Assembly (NCBI GenBank): GCA_002269645.1
Contig: NIVC01000237.1
Location: 186,001 to 250,000, forward strand
DNA: 64,000 nt
Source of the DNA: Macrostomum lignano
Lineage: Eukaryota
Direction: 5' to 3'
The number at the start of each line of letters is the position of its first letter. Positions within the stretch are counted from its first letter, which is position 1. The translations under genes and the position numbers were made by a program. Under the pieces are notes generated by a model, which had not been told where the DNA came from, made no database searches, and saw only the letters and a program-made list of their open reading frames with translations. Below, piece by piece: positions 63,694 through 64,000 of the stretch.

Positions 63694-64000
63694 TCAAGCA
63701 AATTCCAATGGGTCTTGATCAGTTTTGGAGACGTGAAAAACCAGCGACGGCATGCGCTTGGCCAGGGCCGCAGCCGCTACGGGCAGGTAGGGTCGCTCGC
63801 AGTTTGAATGGCCTGTGACGATCACCGACCGGCCTTGGTCGGCGTGCCACAGCAGCTCGTGGTGCGACATCTCTCCAGTGAGCAGCAGGTCGCACTTGTC
63901 GCCGATGTCGCGTAGAAGAGAGGCGCCCGAGCCGGCGCATACGGCGACGCCTCTGGTCAGCTGGTGCTGCTGTCCGCTTGAGAGCGGCCTCACCACCTGG
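63694..64000 (-). CDS. NIF3L1: NIF3-like protein (NIF3L1/YbgI family), C-terminal part; gene continues beyond the window
   Basis: VAVCAGSGASLL...DLLLTGEMSHHELL...VIVTGHSNCERPYL...VSKTDQDPL* matches the NIF3 C-terminal signature (CAGSG, TGEMSHH, HSNxER, DxDPL). Confidence 0.9.
   Translation of the reverse strand, partial: QVVRPLSSGQQHQLTRGVAVCAGSGASLLRDIGDKCDLLLTGEMSHHELLWHADQGRSVIVTGHSNCERPYLPVAAAALAKRMPSLVFHVSKTDQDPLEFA

Overview
Eukaryotic (animal) DNA with GC-rich spliced exons and minisatellite-filled introns. The style suggests a free-living flatworm such as Macrostomum; this is inference, not proven. I see no prokaryotic features, CRISPR, rRNA or intact tRNA genes. Gene models reconstructed by hand from GT-AG sites and codon phase, left to right: a LicD-family gene (last exon, +) facing a LicD pseudogene (-, disrupted by a SINE); a 59-aa secreted peptide gene (+); a THAP remnant; a secreted PAN + F-type lectin gene (+); a 5'-truncated RNase H-bearing LINE; an ankyrin-repeat/Ser-Thr kinase gene (-); two tandem-duplicated 51/52-aa secreted cationic peptide genes (+); a RERG/RASL-like GTPase (-); Scm (-); a DDX5/p68-type helicase (-); a DOK/IRS-type PH-PTB adaptor (+); and the last exon of NIF3L1 (-). 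Most long ORFs in the supplied track are tandem-repeat artefacts. The best novelty candidate is three two-exon micro-genes that the ORF track does not show as spliced products. All share one design: signal peptide, mature N-terminal Cys, a phase-1 minisatellite intron, and a C-terminal Gly-stop. Two encode strongly cationic amphipathic, antimicrobial-peptide-like products, duplicated by apparent recombination between intronic minisatellites. About 23 of the 29 introns I could delimit carry their own tandem array.
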